Below are positions 24,118 through 36,240 of a stretch of DNA of 43,827 nucleotides, piece by piece. The stretch spans positions 81,244,541-81,288,367 of the forward strand of contig NC_068989.1 of NCBI RefSeq assembly GCF_001194135.2, given 5' to 3'. The translations under genes and the position numbers were made by a program. Numbering within the stretch: the stretch's first letter is position 1; each line of letters starts with the position of its first letter. The notes under the pieces are model-generated. The model had not been told where the DNA came from, made no database searches, and was given only the letters and a program-made list of their open reading frames with translations. The DNA comes from Octopus bimaculoides (taxonomy: Eukaryota).

Positions 24118-24600
24118 CACGTAATTGAGTGTAATTATTGAGTGTATCAATGAAGATGTAGCAAGGAGTAATTTTATGAAAGATCCTAGCCTATCCCCGA
24201 TCTCTGTCAAATACCGCTCCCCAGTGAGAGTAATTAAATAATTTCGCAAGCGCTAATTAATAACTTCAGCTAAATTGACCACCGAAACTGTAAACAACGA
24301 ACGATCCAAGGGGTTCTTTTGGGAATTAATTTATTTTTGGCTTTGTTTTCAGTTGATCCTTTTGTTTCAAATTTGTCACACTGAGTCATTCTCCCACATG
24401 CATCAGACGGAGTGCTTGCATCACATATACTCACATTACCGGTCTTATTTAACTACTGTAGCCTTTAACTATCGTACCTGCCATTATATGTGCAAAGCAC
24501 CTCGAACCAGGCGTGCACTCGACATGTAACTAACTGCGCACAAATTATTTCTACACTTTTAACAGTAACTCGCATCTATATGTGTTTTATTTTAATCCCA
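22900..24600. promoter_or_regulatory. Candidate CpG-retaining promoter region of the Bcl-2-like gene
   Basis: Visibly more CpG than the flanks; YY1-like AAAATGGC (about 23140) and GTCGCCATGTT (about 23343), GC-box-like GGGAGGCGGAG (about 23563). Qualitative. Confidence 0.45.
23340..23512 (+). other. Candidate non-coding first exon of the Bcl-2-like gene
   Basis: Strong donor AAG|GTAAGA at 23512/23513 inside the CpG-rich region; would splice to the acceptor at 26319/26320. 5' boundary is a guess. Confidence 0.4.
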
Positions 24601-26325
24601 ATTAGACAATGAATTATCTTTAAAACTTTTTCTGACAGTATTACGGAACATAAAAAGATAGTGTGTGCAAACACTATTCTAATGGTGTCAAATCTCGTGT
24701 AGTTGTGGCTGTTTACCCATCAGGTCAGTTCTAATCGTGCAGATAAAAGGCATTCCAGCTATGACCATCCCGTCTCGCAGTGAGTCTATGATCATATTAT
24801 CTATGTTTTTAAAACTACAGGGTGTGATTTGATGGAGACTTGGCTGCTGTTTCTAGCATAGTTTGATCAACTAAGTACAGTCTCTTGATTTTTGTGGTTG
24901 TAGTATCTATATATATGTGTTTGCAGGTACCTTTACACGAATATTGTATCAGTGGAGCATTTTAATGTTTGTATATGTGACTGAAGGAGTATATTATAGT
25001 TGTGTATTACAGGACCTGTATGTGTTTGGATGCACTTGTGTAATGTGTACATCTAGAAATATCATTTGTATAAACTGAGCAGTTATATGGCTTCCTAATT
25101 GCTTGCCCATAACTTTGTTTTTTTTTTCACTCAATCCTGATCAGTATAAAGAAAAAAAAAACAATTGTCACTGGCTCACGTGAGACAGCTTGTGTACATC
25201 TGTCACTTCTGCACGTGCACATGCATGTACAGTAGCAGTAGTATATAGCTGTGTTTAAAATTCTGTTCATAGCTAATATATCTATATATCTGCCCAGAAT
25301 TAATATTAAAAAGAGAAAACAAAGAAAATAAAGTTTTTCAATTTATCATAGTTTATAACACAAGATTTATCGATGCATATTATGTCTGTGTGTGGTCCTA
25401 TAACATGCGAAACTGTATATATGAATCGAAATTAGAAGTATTAGTACAGACTCGCTGTAAGTCTTGTGATTTGGTCCTAATACTGCTACTACATGAAATA
25501 TAATGGTTATTCAGAAAGTGTTAGTGCGTAAATGGGCAGATGTATTGAGAGTAATTTTTTTCATACCACTTTCTTATTGCCAATTACCCGTTCAGGAGTT
25601 GTAGATAAACAATTTGTGCCCGAGGAGGCATTACTGTGGGAATTAACTGAAATTAAAGCACACCCACATAACACTCACACACACACATACATATATACAC
25701 AGATAAACAAACAAACAAAAAGAGGGCGTGTGAAAGAAATATGGACTTTTACAAAATAGGAATTTAAAAAAGAAAATGGGAAATGTTTTAGCTGTTTATC
25801 TGGAAGTGATATTTTCTCACGGAAATTTAACTTAGGAACAGAAAAAACTAAAAACAAAAATAACTGCTGATTGATAACATCTATTTACCAAAATAATATC
25901 TACCAACTTGGTGTCTGGAAATCTCTTACTCCTATCATTTTGATATTTTAAAATTGCTTCTGTTGTTTCTTCAAATCAAATTGACATTCTTTAACTTTTT
26001 TTTTGTAAATATAACATGTATTTAAATATATTTACATGAGAAAATCATTAAAAATTACCAATATAAAAGAAGAACATTGCTGGTAATTTCTACATTCTTT
26101 CAATTCATATCTAGAAAAATGTATGAACACATTACATTTTTACATTTTTATTTAACTAATTTTATTTAATATTTTTTGGAAACTAAACTCTTAAATATTT
26201 TAGTTTTGTTTTAATTTGTAACTATTCGACTTTTAAAGAGAGTTACAGTGAGTGTGATAAATGTTAATTCTTTAATATCAAAAACTTAATGTCTGACTGT
26301 TGAACAAATTTCTCTTTAGGATGCT

Positions 26326-26778
26326 ATGGGTTCTTCGTCAAATAACAACTCCGAGATGAATGTGCCGGTCTCTCGGTATTTGCTTGAAGATTATGTTAAC
26401 TACCGTCTAAGAAGGCAGGGTTTTACCTGGGAAAACTGTCCCTGCTTTGACCGCCGTCCAAGTAAAGTGGCAATCAGTATGCGTGCCATGGCCGATGAGT
26501 TTGAGGAAAGATATCATGACCAATTCTCAAATATGTGCCAACAACTTCATATTACTCAGCATACAGCTTACTGCACTTTTCAGGCTGTTATTAATGAACT
26601 TTTTAGTGACCAGACTATTAACTGGGGTCGAATTGTCGCCCTATTCTCTTTCAGTGGAGCTTTATCCCTTCAGAGTGTTGAGAAAGAAATGCCTTATCTT
26701 GTGGACAACATTGTAGAATGGGCTCATACGTACTTAACTGATAACTTGAACACTTGGATAAATGCACATGGTGGATGG
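26326..26778 (+). CDS. BCL2L1: Anti-apoptotic Bcl-2 family protein (Bcl-xL/Bcl-2-like), main coding exon, 151 codons; terminal TM exon not found in window
   Basis: BH4 RYLLEDYVNYRL, BH3 AISMRAMADEFE, BH1 ELFSDQTINWGRIVALFSFSG, BH2 TWINAHGGW. Acceptor TTTCTCTTTAG|G at 26319; donor TGG|GTAAGA at 26778, the same position as the intron after GGW in vertebrate BCL2/BCL2L1. Likely co-orthologous to BCL2/BCL2L1/BCL2L2, so the symbol is approximate. Confidence 0.92.
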
Positions 26779-26921
26779 GTAAGAAGTTTTCATTTATATC
26801 TCTGCTTTATTGATTTGTTTAATATTTATGTCACTGTGTTAAAACTAAATTTTTTTTTGTTTGTGTTTGTTAATTTGGATCAGTACATTGAAAACAAATG
26901 AAACAGAGAAAATTTTTTTTT

Positions 26922-27081
26922 GGTAGTGGCTGTGTGGTAAGTAGCTTGCTTACCAACCACATGGTTCCGGGTTCAGTCCCACTGCGTGGCATCTTGGGCA
27001 AATGTCTTCTACTATAGCCTCGGGCCGACCAAAGCATTGTGTATGGATTTGGTAGATGGAAACTGAAAGAAGCCCGTCGTA

Positions 27082-27120
<39 letters not shown>

Positions 27121-27962
27121 NNNNNNNNNNNNNNNNNNNNNNNNNNNNNNNNNNNNNNNNNNNNNNNNNNNNNNNNNNNNNNNNNNNNNNNNNNNNNNNN
27201 NNNNNNNNNNNNNNNNNNNNNNNNNNNNNNNNNNNNNNNNNNNNNNNNNNNNNNNNNNNNNNNNNNNNNNNNNNNNNNNNNNNNNNNNNNNNNNNNNNNN
27301 NNNNNNNNNNNNNNNNNNNNNNNNNNNNNNNNNNNNNNNNNNNNNNNNNNNNNNNNNNNNNNNNNNNNNNNNNNNNNNNNNNNNNNNNNNNNNNNNNNNN
27401 NNNNNNNNNNNNNNNNNNNNNNNNNNNNNNNNNNNNNNNNNNNNNNNNNNNNNNNNNNNNNNNNNNNNNNNNNNNNNNNNNNNNNNNNNNNNNNNNNNNN
27501 NNNNNNNNNNNNNNNNNNNNNNNNNNNNNNNNNNNNNNNNNNNNNNNNNNNNNNNNNNNNNNNNNNNNNNNNNNNNNNNNNNNNNNNNNNNNNNNNNNNN
27601 NNNNNNNNNNNNNNNNNNNNNNNNNNNNNNNNNNNNNNNNNNNNNNNNNNNNNNNNNNNNNNNNNNNNNNNNNNNNNNNNNNNNNNNNNNNNNNNNNNNN
27701 NNNNNNNNNNNNNNNNNNNNNNNNNNNNNNNNNNNNNNNNNNNNNNNNTGTTTGTGTGTCTGTGTTTGTTCCCCTATCATTGCTTGATAACTGATGCTGG
27801 TGTGTTTATGTCCCTGTCACTTAGCGGTTCGGCAAAAGAGACCGATAGAATAAGTACTAGGCTTACAAAGAATAAGTCCCAGGGTCGATTTGCTCGACTA
27901 AAGGCGGTGCTCCAGCATGGCAGCAATCAAATGACTGAAACAAGTAAAAGAGAGAGTAAAAA
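26922..27962 (+). mobile_element. tRNA-derived SINE family A (CORE-like), spanning a gap at its internal microsatellite
   Basis: GTGGCTGTGTGGTAAG (A box), GGTTCAGTCCC (B-box-like), CORE-like TCTTGGGCAAATGTCTT, tail ATGACTGAAACAAGTAAAAGAG. Confidence 0.82.
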
Positions 27963-28134
27963 ATGAAAGAGTGATAAAAAATAGTATCAATAAAAATATG
28001 TATATTGCATCATATCTAGGGTGTGTACAAAACATGCAATTTAATTTTGGGCCCAAAAAGAATCAGTAAAGAGTAATGTTGGTTTGTCAGTCAAAAGTCA
28101 GTTCTTTTGTGGTGGTAGTGGTTGTAGGGGGAAC

Positions 28135-28226
28135 AGCCAGTTTAATCGACCCAATACTTAACTGGTATTTACTTAATGAACTCTGAAATGGTCAAAGTCA
28201 TTCTCAGTGGAATTTGAACTCAGAAC
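28135..28226 (-). mobile_element. SINE family B, heavily decayed fragment
   Basis: ATCGACCC...AACTGGTA...GGAATTTGAACTCAGAAC. Confidence 0.55.
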
Positions 28227-29354
28227 AATATGTAACATAATTATACCACATTGTTCTCATATATAACATTTCTAAGTTTGACTAACAATACACGAATGAT
28301 TGTTATAGTAAGAAAGACAAATTTAATTTTAATTAAGTTTTGAAGTTTAGATTAGTTACTATACTTTCACTTGTTCACCTGTAGGAATCATATCAGCTTC
28401 ACAGCAGATGCTGTTTTGTATAATAATAATTAAATCATATTTATTATGAAAAAATTTTGGGGGTTCCTCATTTTTAAACCACTAATTATGCCACTCGAAG
28501 GCAGCACTTGTATTTGAAAAGGCTGCATGTTTGACATGCCTGTTGTATACACCTTGAAATTTTTGATGGTTTTAGAGGCTTTTCTCTTTGTCTCTTAAGC
28601 ATCCATTAAAAATACAATAATATGAAGCAGAGTTCTTTTGGTTATGAAAGTCATCCTTGGTTGTAAGAAGTGAAAGGCAGTTTTCTCTATGTAAAAGAAT
28701 GTGACAATTGAAAACATGTGCCAAACAACTACACCGAATTTTTTAAGCACCACCAAGATCTGAAAAGCAAGCAAAAAATGAGTTGTATATTTGATATATA
28801 TTTTAGATTGAAATGTAAAATTAACCTTGATTGTATCAGTATGAGAAGAGGCTCAAATACTATAGGCTTAGTGGAAAAGTTGGTGAAGGAAATATCAGAA
28901 TTTTTAGGAATTGTCTAAAAGAAATGATAAAAGACCTGTCCTATAGATTTGTCCAATTCAATTCAACATAGAAAATGAAATCAGTTTAACTTGTGAATGT
29001 CTGAGAGTTGTAATTATGTTTCTTCTCTCAACCACCATTTCTATAGGCTTGCACCAATATTTGTCCTGATGTAGTACTGCATTTGAGACTGGAGATAAAT
29101 TCTTCGCCACATTCGGACCTGTTAATTTCTTTTTTTTTATATATATATATTGATAATGAATGATGGAAATATCCCTTCTGTTTTTGAATATATCTGGATT
29201 CTTTGATGTTTGCGTAATTTTAGGCCTGTGTATATATATATATATATATATGAGAGTACATACATACATACATGTGTGTGCATATCTGTATGTTGATCTC
29301 AGAGTTAGATACACCCTTCACATTAGTACATTCTCTATAAACCCTTTTAACTTT

Positions 29355-29554
29355 TTAATCCTTTTGTTACCTTTGTCTCAATTGATTTTGAAAATAGTGA
29401 AGAATTAATGAAATGTTTGCCATTAGAAAAATGAGGTTAGAAACAAATTAACATGAAATATTAATGGAAAGTATTAATTTAGATCACTGTTAATAGGAAG
29501 TTTGTGTTATAAAACCTGGGTTGAATTCATGTGGCTTGGCATCAAAAGGGTTAA
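29355..29554. mobile_element. TTAA-flanked (piggyBac-like) MITE
   Basis: TTAATCCTTTTG...CAAAAGGGTTAA termini. Confidence 0.5.
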
Positions 29555-29980
29555 GGACAAGGTATATCATATGCAAAAGTATGAAAGATTTTGGTAGTTC
29601 TTGCATTTATCTTTTATATATAAAAGTATAAAAGTAGCCTTACCCTAACCATTCATACATATTTTATTTATGGCATTTTTTTTTACTTTTGATTATTTGT
29701 TTTTGTATATTGGTATACCTTAACATGAACTAAGTTAATGAAAAAGAAATATCTGTTATAGAAACAGTACAGGTTGTTTCTTTTCATGGAGGTAATTGCC
29801 AATAATAGTCTTTTTCAGACAGAAGAGGAGGTTTCTATACTAAGTCTTGTTGAATAATACAGTTATGTATTCTGAGTTAAAAATAACTAAAAACAGCTGC
29901 AGTAAAATATTGAAATATTAAACAATTTCAAATGAGGGATTAAACAGTTTAGAGAATTAGAACAGTAACTTTATAATGGA

Positions 29981-30190
29981 CTAGCAGAGATACCTGGCAC
30001 TGCTCGGGATTAAAATGGTATAGTTTGTGTATATAAATTACAATTATGTTGAAACAGGTGATATGGGAAAGTGCAGCATTGATGGCAAAAGATTTGTGGG
30101 ATAAATGGTCTAATTCGACCAAGCAACATGTAATATGTCCATTTGGAGGATTCCAGGCACATAACTTATGGAAAATTGTGAGTGGGGGGT
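29981..30190 (-). mobile_element. Non-autonomous Helitron, same family as 6222-6420
   Basis: A|CTAG at 29980-29984 with decayed hairpin; about 200 bp colinear with the 6.2-kb copy. May extend further right. Confidence 0.6.
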
Positions 30191-31512
30191 ATGTAATTTT
30201 TGAACCTACCGAAAAGCTATCAGTGAATATACTCACTTTTGAGGTAGTCAGCACTACATCTAACACAACCCATCATATGGTTGACAGTCAAATGAATGGA
30301 GGTGTAATAGGTGATATTGTACATAAATGGGTACATTCCGGAAATGGGCTGCAATGGGAGACAGCAAGGGGAAGTGAACTGTTGAAATGTTGCAGAAGAC
30401 GAAGGGTTGACATTGGATTGCTGGTGTGGCTGTAGAATAAGAAACAAAGTGAACCTATGCAGTCACATGAGAATATGTAGTAATGAATTACTTGAAAAAA
30501 TAAGGCATAATGGTTTATCGCTTGGTATGTATATAGTTTGTTTGTATTTTTGTATGGAGTGTAAATTAACGAAATATAAACAAATGAATGAAATAGAAGT
30601 ACATGTATGGAACTGCTAATTTAACAGTAAATGCCACAATAATTATTACAGAGAGACAAAGAAGTATATATATACATAAGATAAATTTCTTGATGTAAGG
30701 GCAGATATGTAATTGTAAATATCTTGCAACCTTGCAACAATTATTAACTGGTAATGGAACAGTAAATGTGTATTTTTATATATACTTTGGACCTTACCAC
30801 TTCATTTTTGTTTTCAAGAGTTTCACCTCTAGCACTCACATACATTCAGGAATGTCAGTTGTCACATATGTATGTATAGATGTGTGAAGCAATATATCAC
30901 TTTACAATATAGATCTTATTCTTTCACTTTTATTCTTTGACTTTTGACACGTAATAGTGAACCAGTACTAATGTTGCATTGTTTTAATCCAAATGACAAA
31001 ATAATTACATATTGACACTCATGTGGTGTGATAGTATTACCATGTAAAATTTGATTTGATTTGGTTGAGTCATTTGAGAATGCATTGGGAACAGACAGAG
31101 ATACAAAGGGTTTTATATAGAGAGAGATTATGGCTGTGAGACAGATGACCAAAAAAATAAACACTACCAACAAAACAGCATATGTTGCTTTCAACAAATG
31201 AATGATGCTCGAATTGTAGAGTTTGTATGGGCTGATTATTGATATGGAATCAATGAAACATAGTATTATAACACAACTTGTAAGTAAAATACTTTAGGTT
31301 TCATTTTTATATCTACTGATTTTGCTGATTTAAGTCTACTAGGGGTTCTTTCTATTATTGTTGTCTCATTTGCAATGCTAGAGTAAAATCTGTTGTCAGT
31401 TGAGACAACCAAAATATGTATTTACTACTCAGTGGATGCAGTTACATTTGAACTTACACTGATTGCCAGTAATCCAGCATTTAGCATGATTAGTTTGGCA
31501 TATTGAAAATAA

Positions 31513-31718
31513 TCAACTTTTTAGCATTTAAACCAGCCATTTCTGACCAAAACATTCTACCTGTTTTATATTCCAACTGGCCACATTTGGCCTCTCATAC
31601 CTACTCTACAATGTCATTCAAAAAATTTTGAAGTTATTAGGTAACACATGATTGATTCAAGCAATATAAATAAATAAGCATTACATTTAACAGAGTAATT
31701 TGAATGCTAAAGGGTTAG
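31513..31718. mobile_element. piggyBac-like MITE, degenerate left TIR
   Basis: TCAACTTTTTAGCATTTA...TGAATGCTAAAGGGTTAG; related inverted copy at about 42503-42670. Confidence 0.55.
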
Positions 31719-31733
31719 AATATCTTCTTTTAC

Positions 31734-31962
31734 TTAACACTTTCATTACCAATCTGGCTGAAGCTGGTTCTGGCTCTGTAGTACAAATGTCCTGTTTTCA
31801 TAAGTTTTGAATTAAAATCTTCCACCAAACCTTAGTCACAATTTCTGTTCCTAACACTAGCTGAATGATAACCAAGTTATTTTACTAAATTCTTTGTTGT
31901 ATTTGAAGTAATTGAAAGAAACACAGAACATCTCAAAATAAACACAGTAATGAAAGGGTTAA
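31734..31962. mobile_element. TTAA-flanked piggyBac-like MITE
   Basis: TTAA|CACTTTCATTAC...GTAATGAAAGGG|TTAA: 12-bp TIR (1 mismatch) plus TTAA TSD. Confidence 0.75.
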
Positions 31963-33149
31963 ATATTCCTTGCATTTTATTACACAGGGCAATAATCTGT
32001 TAACTTGAGTAACTCCAGACTTTATATAGCAAATAAATCAGTAATGTTGAAACTGAAATGAAAGAGATTGTTTTCTCAAATCTTGTATTTTGCCATTGAA
32101 AGCAGTTCATAGTTGCTTTGAAATGTTGCAATTGTAACAGTCGTGCTTTAGCTAGGCACTGTTAGCTGAGCAAAAATGTAAATTATAGCATTATCCTTAT
32201 TTCATAGATTCTCAAACTGTAGATGAAAGGGTAATATATATATATTTAATATATTACTTGTATTTCAAATTGCAGCAGAAATTCTTTGGTTGGTATTCTA
32301 GCTGTAGTCATCCTATTATTACCTATTCTGCTTGAAAAAATTAATTCAAAATTTAATTTTGTAATGATAACCAATTTTATTGATATAAAATAGTACACAT
32401 TAGGTTTCTAGTCAGTACAAGGACATTTAGCTCTAAAATTTCATTAGAAATGTATTTGTTTCATGTTATATTTTGGCCAGTTTAATTTTAGTGATGTGTA
32501 ATGTTTCATTATACACAAAGCATTATTTATTCTTATCTGACAGTTAAAATTAAATTTAATCTTATTGATGTTAATGAAGGAGATAGACTATCTAATAAAT
32601 GCTCTCTACCAAGAATATGTTAACAAGCAAATTATTTTCTGAAAGCGAATATTGCAATAGTTAAAATCAAAGAGGTGAATATTAAGCTTCTTAACTTGTC
32701 TCAACATGACTAAGCGCTAAAATAACAGTCTTACCATTTAGATAGGTGTTAATGCTTTCAATAAAAATCTTAACTCATTAACAAAGCAATAAAGAAAGGT
32801 TGAACAATAAAAGATATTTTGAAACTGTACTATTTCTTGTCCTCATTTTCTATATAACAATCAAAGTTGACAAATTAAGCTCCTCAAATACCTAACCAGT
32901 TCTCTGATTTTCTATTAATTCATTTCATTAGAAGTAGAACCAAAAAGTTAGTAAAACAATTCATCTCTTACCTTGTGACTCATCAGAACAATTGTTGCTG
33001 TAATACCTATAAACATAGTGACTAGTGAAGTTGCAATTATGCCTGTCTTTTCCAGTCACCTCTATTTTTTCTAGGCCTTGTAATTTCTTAACATGATAAT
33101 AAAGGGTAAATATTTTACCATTATATACTTGCTCCTTAACTAGTCAACA

Positions 33150-33960
33150 GATACCATTTACTATTTGACAGGTGTCTAATGATGTTAATAGAAGTCTTGT
33201 GGTGCTTATCATCACTTTTGAAAAAGACCATGTCTGTGGAGCATTGAATGTAACAAAATCCATGTTGGTTTCCAGGCAGGATTCTTTGTTGATTGTACAA
33301 TAGAAAGCAGTGTTTGGGCAAATGCTTCCTCCATGAAATTCAGCAAGATTCTTCTGTAGTTGTTTCAATCCCTATTGTCACCTTCAATTTTTAAAAAAAG
33401 TGCACATTAGCATCCTGTCAGTGATCACCATTGGTTTTTGGTAGATTTGAATGCTGGAGTGTGTTTATATTAGCATGCTGGTTACCTACAGCATCTTTAT
33501 AATCGTATCATTACAGACTATTAATTTTTCTTGAGATACATGTTTTCTTCCAAATTCTTGTAGCATTGGAAGATACTGCACACTGACTAATTTAGCTAAG
33601 ACAGCAACCTGCTGAATATCAAATGCTCGAATACCACCACCACTACTTTCTCCAGTTATTCATTTGAAAGGATTGGATGTACGACAAATCCACTTTCACC
33701 TTGGATCCTAGGCTTCTCTTTGTCACTGGTTTATAAACCAACCAGATCAGATTTGGATTTGTCTGTTTAATAGAGAGGATACCACACTGCTATTTTTACC
33801 TAGCCTCCTTAAATTATTAAACGTTAGTAGGTACTGGTACAAAAATCCAGTTACAAACCTATCATGGAAACAAGCAGACTGATCAAAAGTCTTATTATAG
33901 ACAGCAATCACTAAATACCTAACTGCTATCTTCACTTCAGAAAAATTGCTTTTCAACTGT
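33150..33960 (-). mobile_element. Highly decayed LINE remnant, possibly L1/Tx1 C-terminal region
   Basis: Minus-strand SSGGGIRAFDIQQVAVLAKL (GGLG-like) and ICPNTAFYC...LET (zinc-knuckle-like); weak. Confidence 0.35.
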
Positions 33961-34779
33961 CTTAAGTTACTGGAAATGAGGAAGACATTTTAGTTCTGTT
34001 GATGCAAGGCGTTTGTCTTCATTGGGCAAATGAAGATATAGTTCCACCTTTGTTTCTTGTTTTTAATGTATATAAAAGGGTAGAATGTGTACTGCAGCAA
34101 AGTAACTTTGGAATTCTGCTTTTAAAATAAGAAGAATAGAATCATTGGTAGCAGATGATTCCAGGAGACTGGGTTGATAATGAACATGACCTTATACACC
34201 CATTCCATGAGGATGTATTTATTCATTATCGGTCCTGTAAAGGAGACCCACCATAATCACCAAGAAAGATTATCATCTCAATCTCAGCTACTATAAACTG
34301 TCTTAATATATTGCTTTGTATTTTTAAACTGCATTTATATTAAGGATTAAGGAGAAATACTTGTGTTCTGCATGAATAATCTGGTCAAGTTTGCTTGGAT
34401 TTCCCTATCTCAATTACACCACCCATCATGTTTCCTCACAGTATTGGTGAGATCAGCAGGGCAATGTCCCATGTCTGTAAAAAGCTGGTTGAATGAAGAT
34501 TTTTGCTGGATGACCAACCAGTATATCTATCTATCTATATGTATATATCTCCATGTCAAAGTGTCTGTAAGAGTGTTTCACTTATGAGTTACTGCTTAGA
34601 TCTCCAGCAATACCCTATGAAACACATGCATCTCTCTCTCACTTTAATGACATTAGTAACTGCAAGATTACCATACAGATTCTGGTTGGACTCTTTTTCC
34701 ATGAGTTCAAAATGTCTGTAACACACAAGTTTAAGTGCCTAGTTTTTCTTAAATGTCTAAGTGATGGACTTCTATAGGG

Positions 34780-35420
34780 TGGTCACTAGAAAAGCAGAAA
34801 ATTTGTGAAATGTCAATTTATATTTTCACAAGATCTATTTGAGGTAAACCACAAGAGTCACAAAGCATGATATACTAGCACTCAAAAATGTTCAAAATGT
34901 TTTCTGTGCACTTCTTGACTGCGTTTTAATCAAGAAATCCAAGCTCGTCTAGCATTTTGAAGTGTAACTTGAGGGATGTCATTCCAAGCTTTTATCAAGC
35001 ACGTTTTCAATTCATCAATGATGGTTATATGGCATCTATATTTCTGTATCTCTGCTAATAAGCTCCAGACACAGTAATCCATCACATTTAAGTCTGGACT
35101 CTCTGAAGGCCAATCAGCAGGTGCCGTGAAGTCAGAGGTAGATTGCTGGAGAAACTGAACTGTAGCCTTGGCTTTGTGAGGCTTTGCACCATCCTGCTAC
35201 TATGTCCATGACACTTTTTATATAGTTGAACATTTGTGGACACATTCCCTCATGGTAAACTTGTTGGTTTACAGTTTTCTTGTTAGTTTTGCCTTCAGTT
35301 TTTCCGCTTTTCTAGCAACCACCCTGTACAATACCTCTGATTCCACAGAGGCACGGAAGAAGCTTCTCTTAATACTGATGTCATCTGCCTGAAAGCTAAA
35401 TGTTAAGGTTAATGCTAACA
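34780..35420 (-). mobile_element. Decayed Tc1/mariner transposase C-terminal half
   Basis: QDGAKPHKAKATVQFLQQ, DWPSESPDLNVMDYCVWSLL, IDELKTCLIKAWNDIPQ. Confidence 0.85.
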
Positions 35421-35434
35421 TACTTAATGTAGTG

Positions 35435-35818
35435 TGGCGGCGCAATGGCCCAGTGGTTAGGGCAGCGGACTCGCGGTCATAGGATCATGGTTTCGATTCC
35501 CAGACCGGGTGTTGAGAGTGTTTATTGAGCGAAAACACCTAAATCTCCACGAGGCTCCGGCAGGGGATGGTGGCGAACTCTGCTGTACTCTTTCACCACA
35601 ACTTTCTCTCACTCTTACTTCCTGTTTCTGTTGTGCCAGTAATTCAAAAGGTCAGCCTTGTCACACTGTGTCACGCTGAATATCCTCGAGAACTACGTTA
35701 AGGGTACATGTGTCTGTGGAGTGCTCAGCCACTTTCACATTAATTTCACAAGCAGGCTGTTCCGTTGATTGGATCAACTGGAACCCTCGACGTCATAAGC
35801 AACGGAGTGCCAACAACA
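35435..35818 (+). mobile_element. Full-length tRNA-derived SINE (about 385 bp) with 13-bp TSD
   Basis: A box TGGCCCAGTGG, B box GGTTTCGATTCCC, (CAA)n tail; TSD ACTTAATGTAGTG at 35422-35434 and 35819-35831. Confidence 0.9.
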
Positions 35819-36002
35819 ACTTAATGTAGTGAAACCAAGTGGTGGGGAGAAAGGACCATTATTTAAATGATCAGTTTTGATCAAGAAAGAGAGGGTAAAT
35901 TACCTTAGGATGGAGGAGTGAGTTTGCTCTTGGTAATACAACTCCAAACAGATTTCATTCTTATTAAACCTCTTTAGTGAACTGCCATACAAAGATCGCT
36001 TG

Positions 36003-36240
36003 AGATTTCTTTCTTTATTGCACACAGGGGGCTAAACATAGAGGGGACAAACAAGGATAGACAAAGGGATTAAGTCAATTACATCAACCCCAGTGCATAC
36101 CTGGTACTTATTTAATCGACTCCAAAATGATGAAAGGCAGAATCGCACGAGTGAAATTTGAATTCAGAACGTAACGGCAGATGAAATACCAATTAGCATT
36201 TCGCCTGGCATGCTAATGTTTCTGCCAGCTCGCCACCCTC
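36003..36240 (-). mobile_element. SINE family B, CpG-decayed
   Basis: Colinear with 10987-11158 but with TpG/CpA at many CpG positions. Confidence 0.8.

Noticed and set aside
26575-26590. Bcl-xS-type alternative 5' splice site before BH1
   Set aside because: The equivalent position reads CAG|GCTGTT rather than CAG|GT; no convincing donor.
26950-27966. Long ORFs of 243-293 aa (also 4614-5471, 1733-1981, 10729-11064)
   Set aside because: Open only because they run through N-gaps and microsatellites.
30046-30435. 129-aa ORF
   Set aside because: Overlaps the non-autonomous Helitron copy, whose homolog at 6.2 kb does not keep the frame; no recognisable domain.
35435-35505. tRNA gene
   Set aside because: A and B boxes are present, but the sequence continues into a 385-bp body with a (CAA)n tail and TSD, so it is a SINE head. 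The same applies to the other tRNA-like heads.
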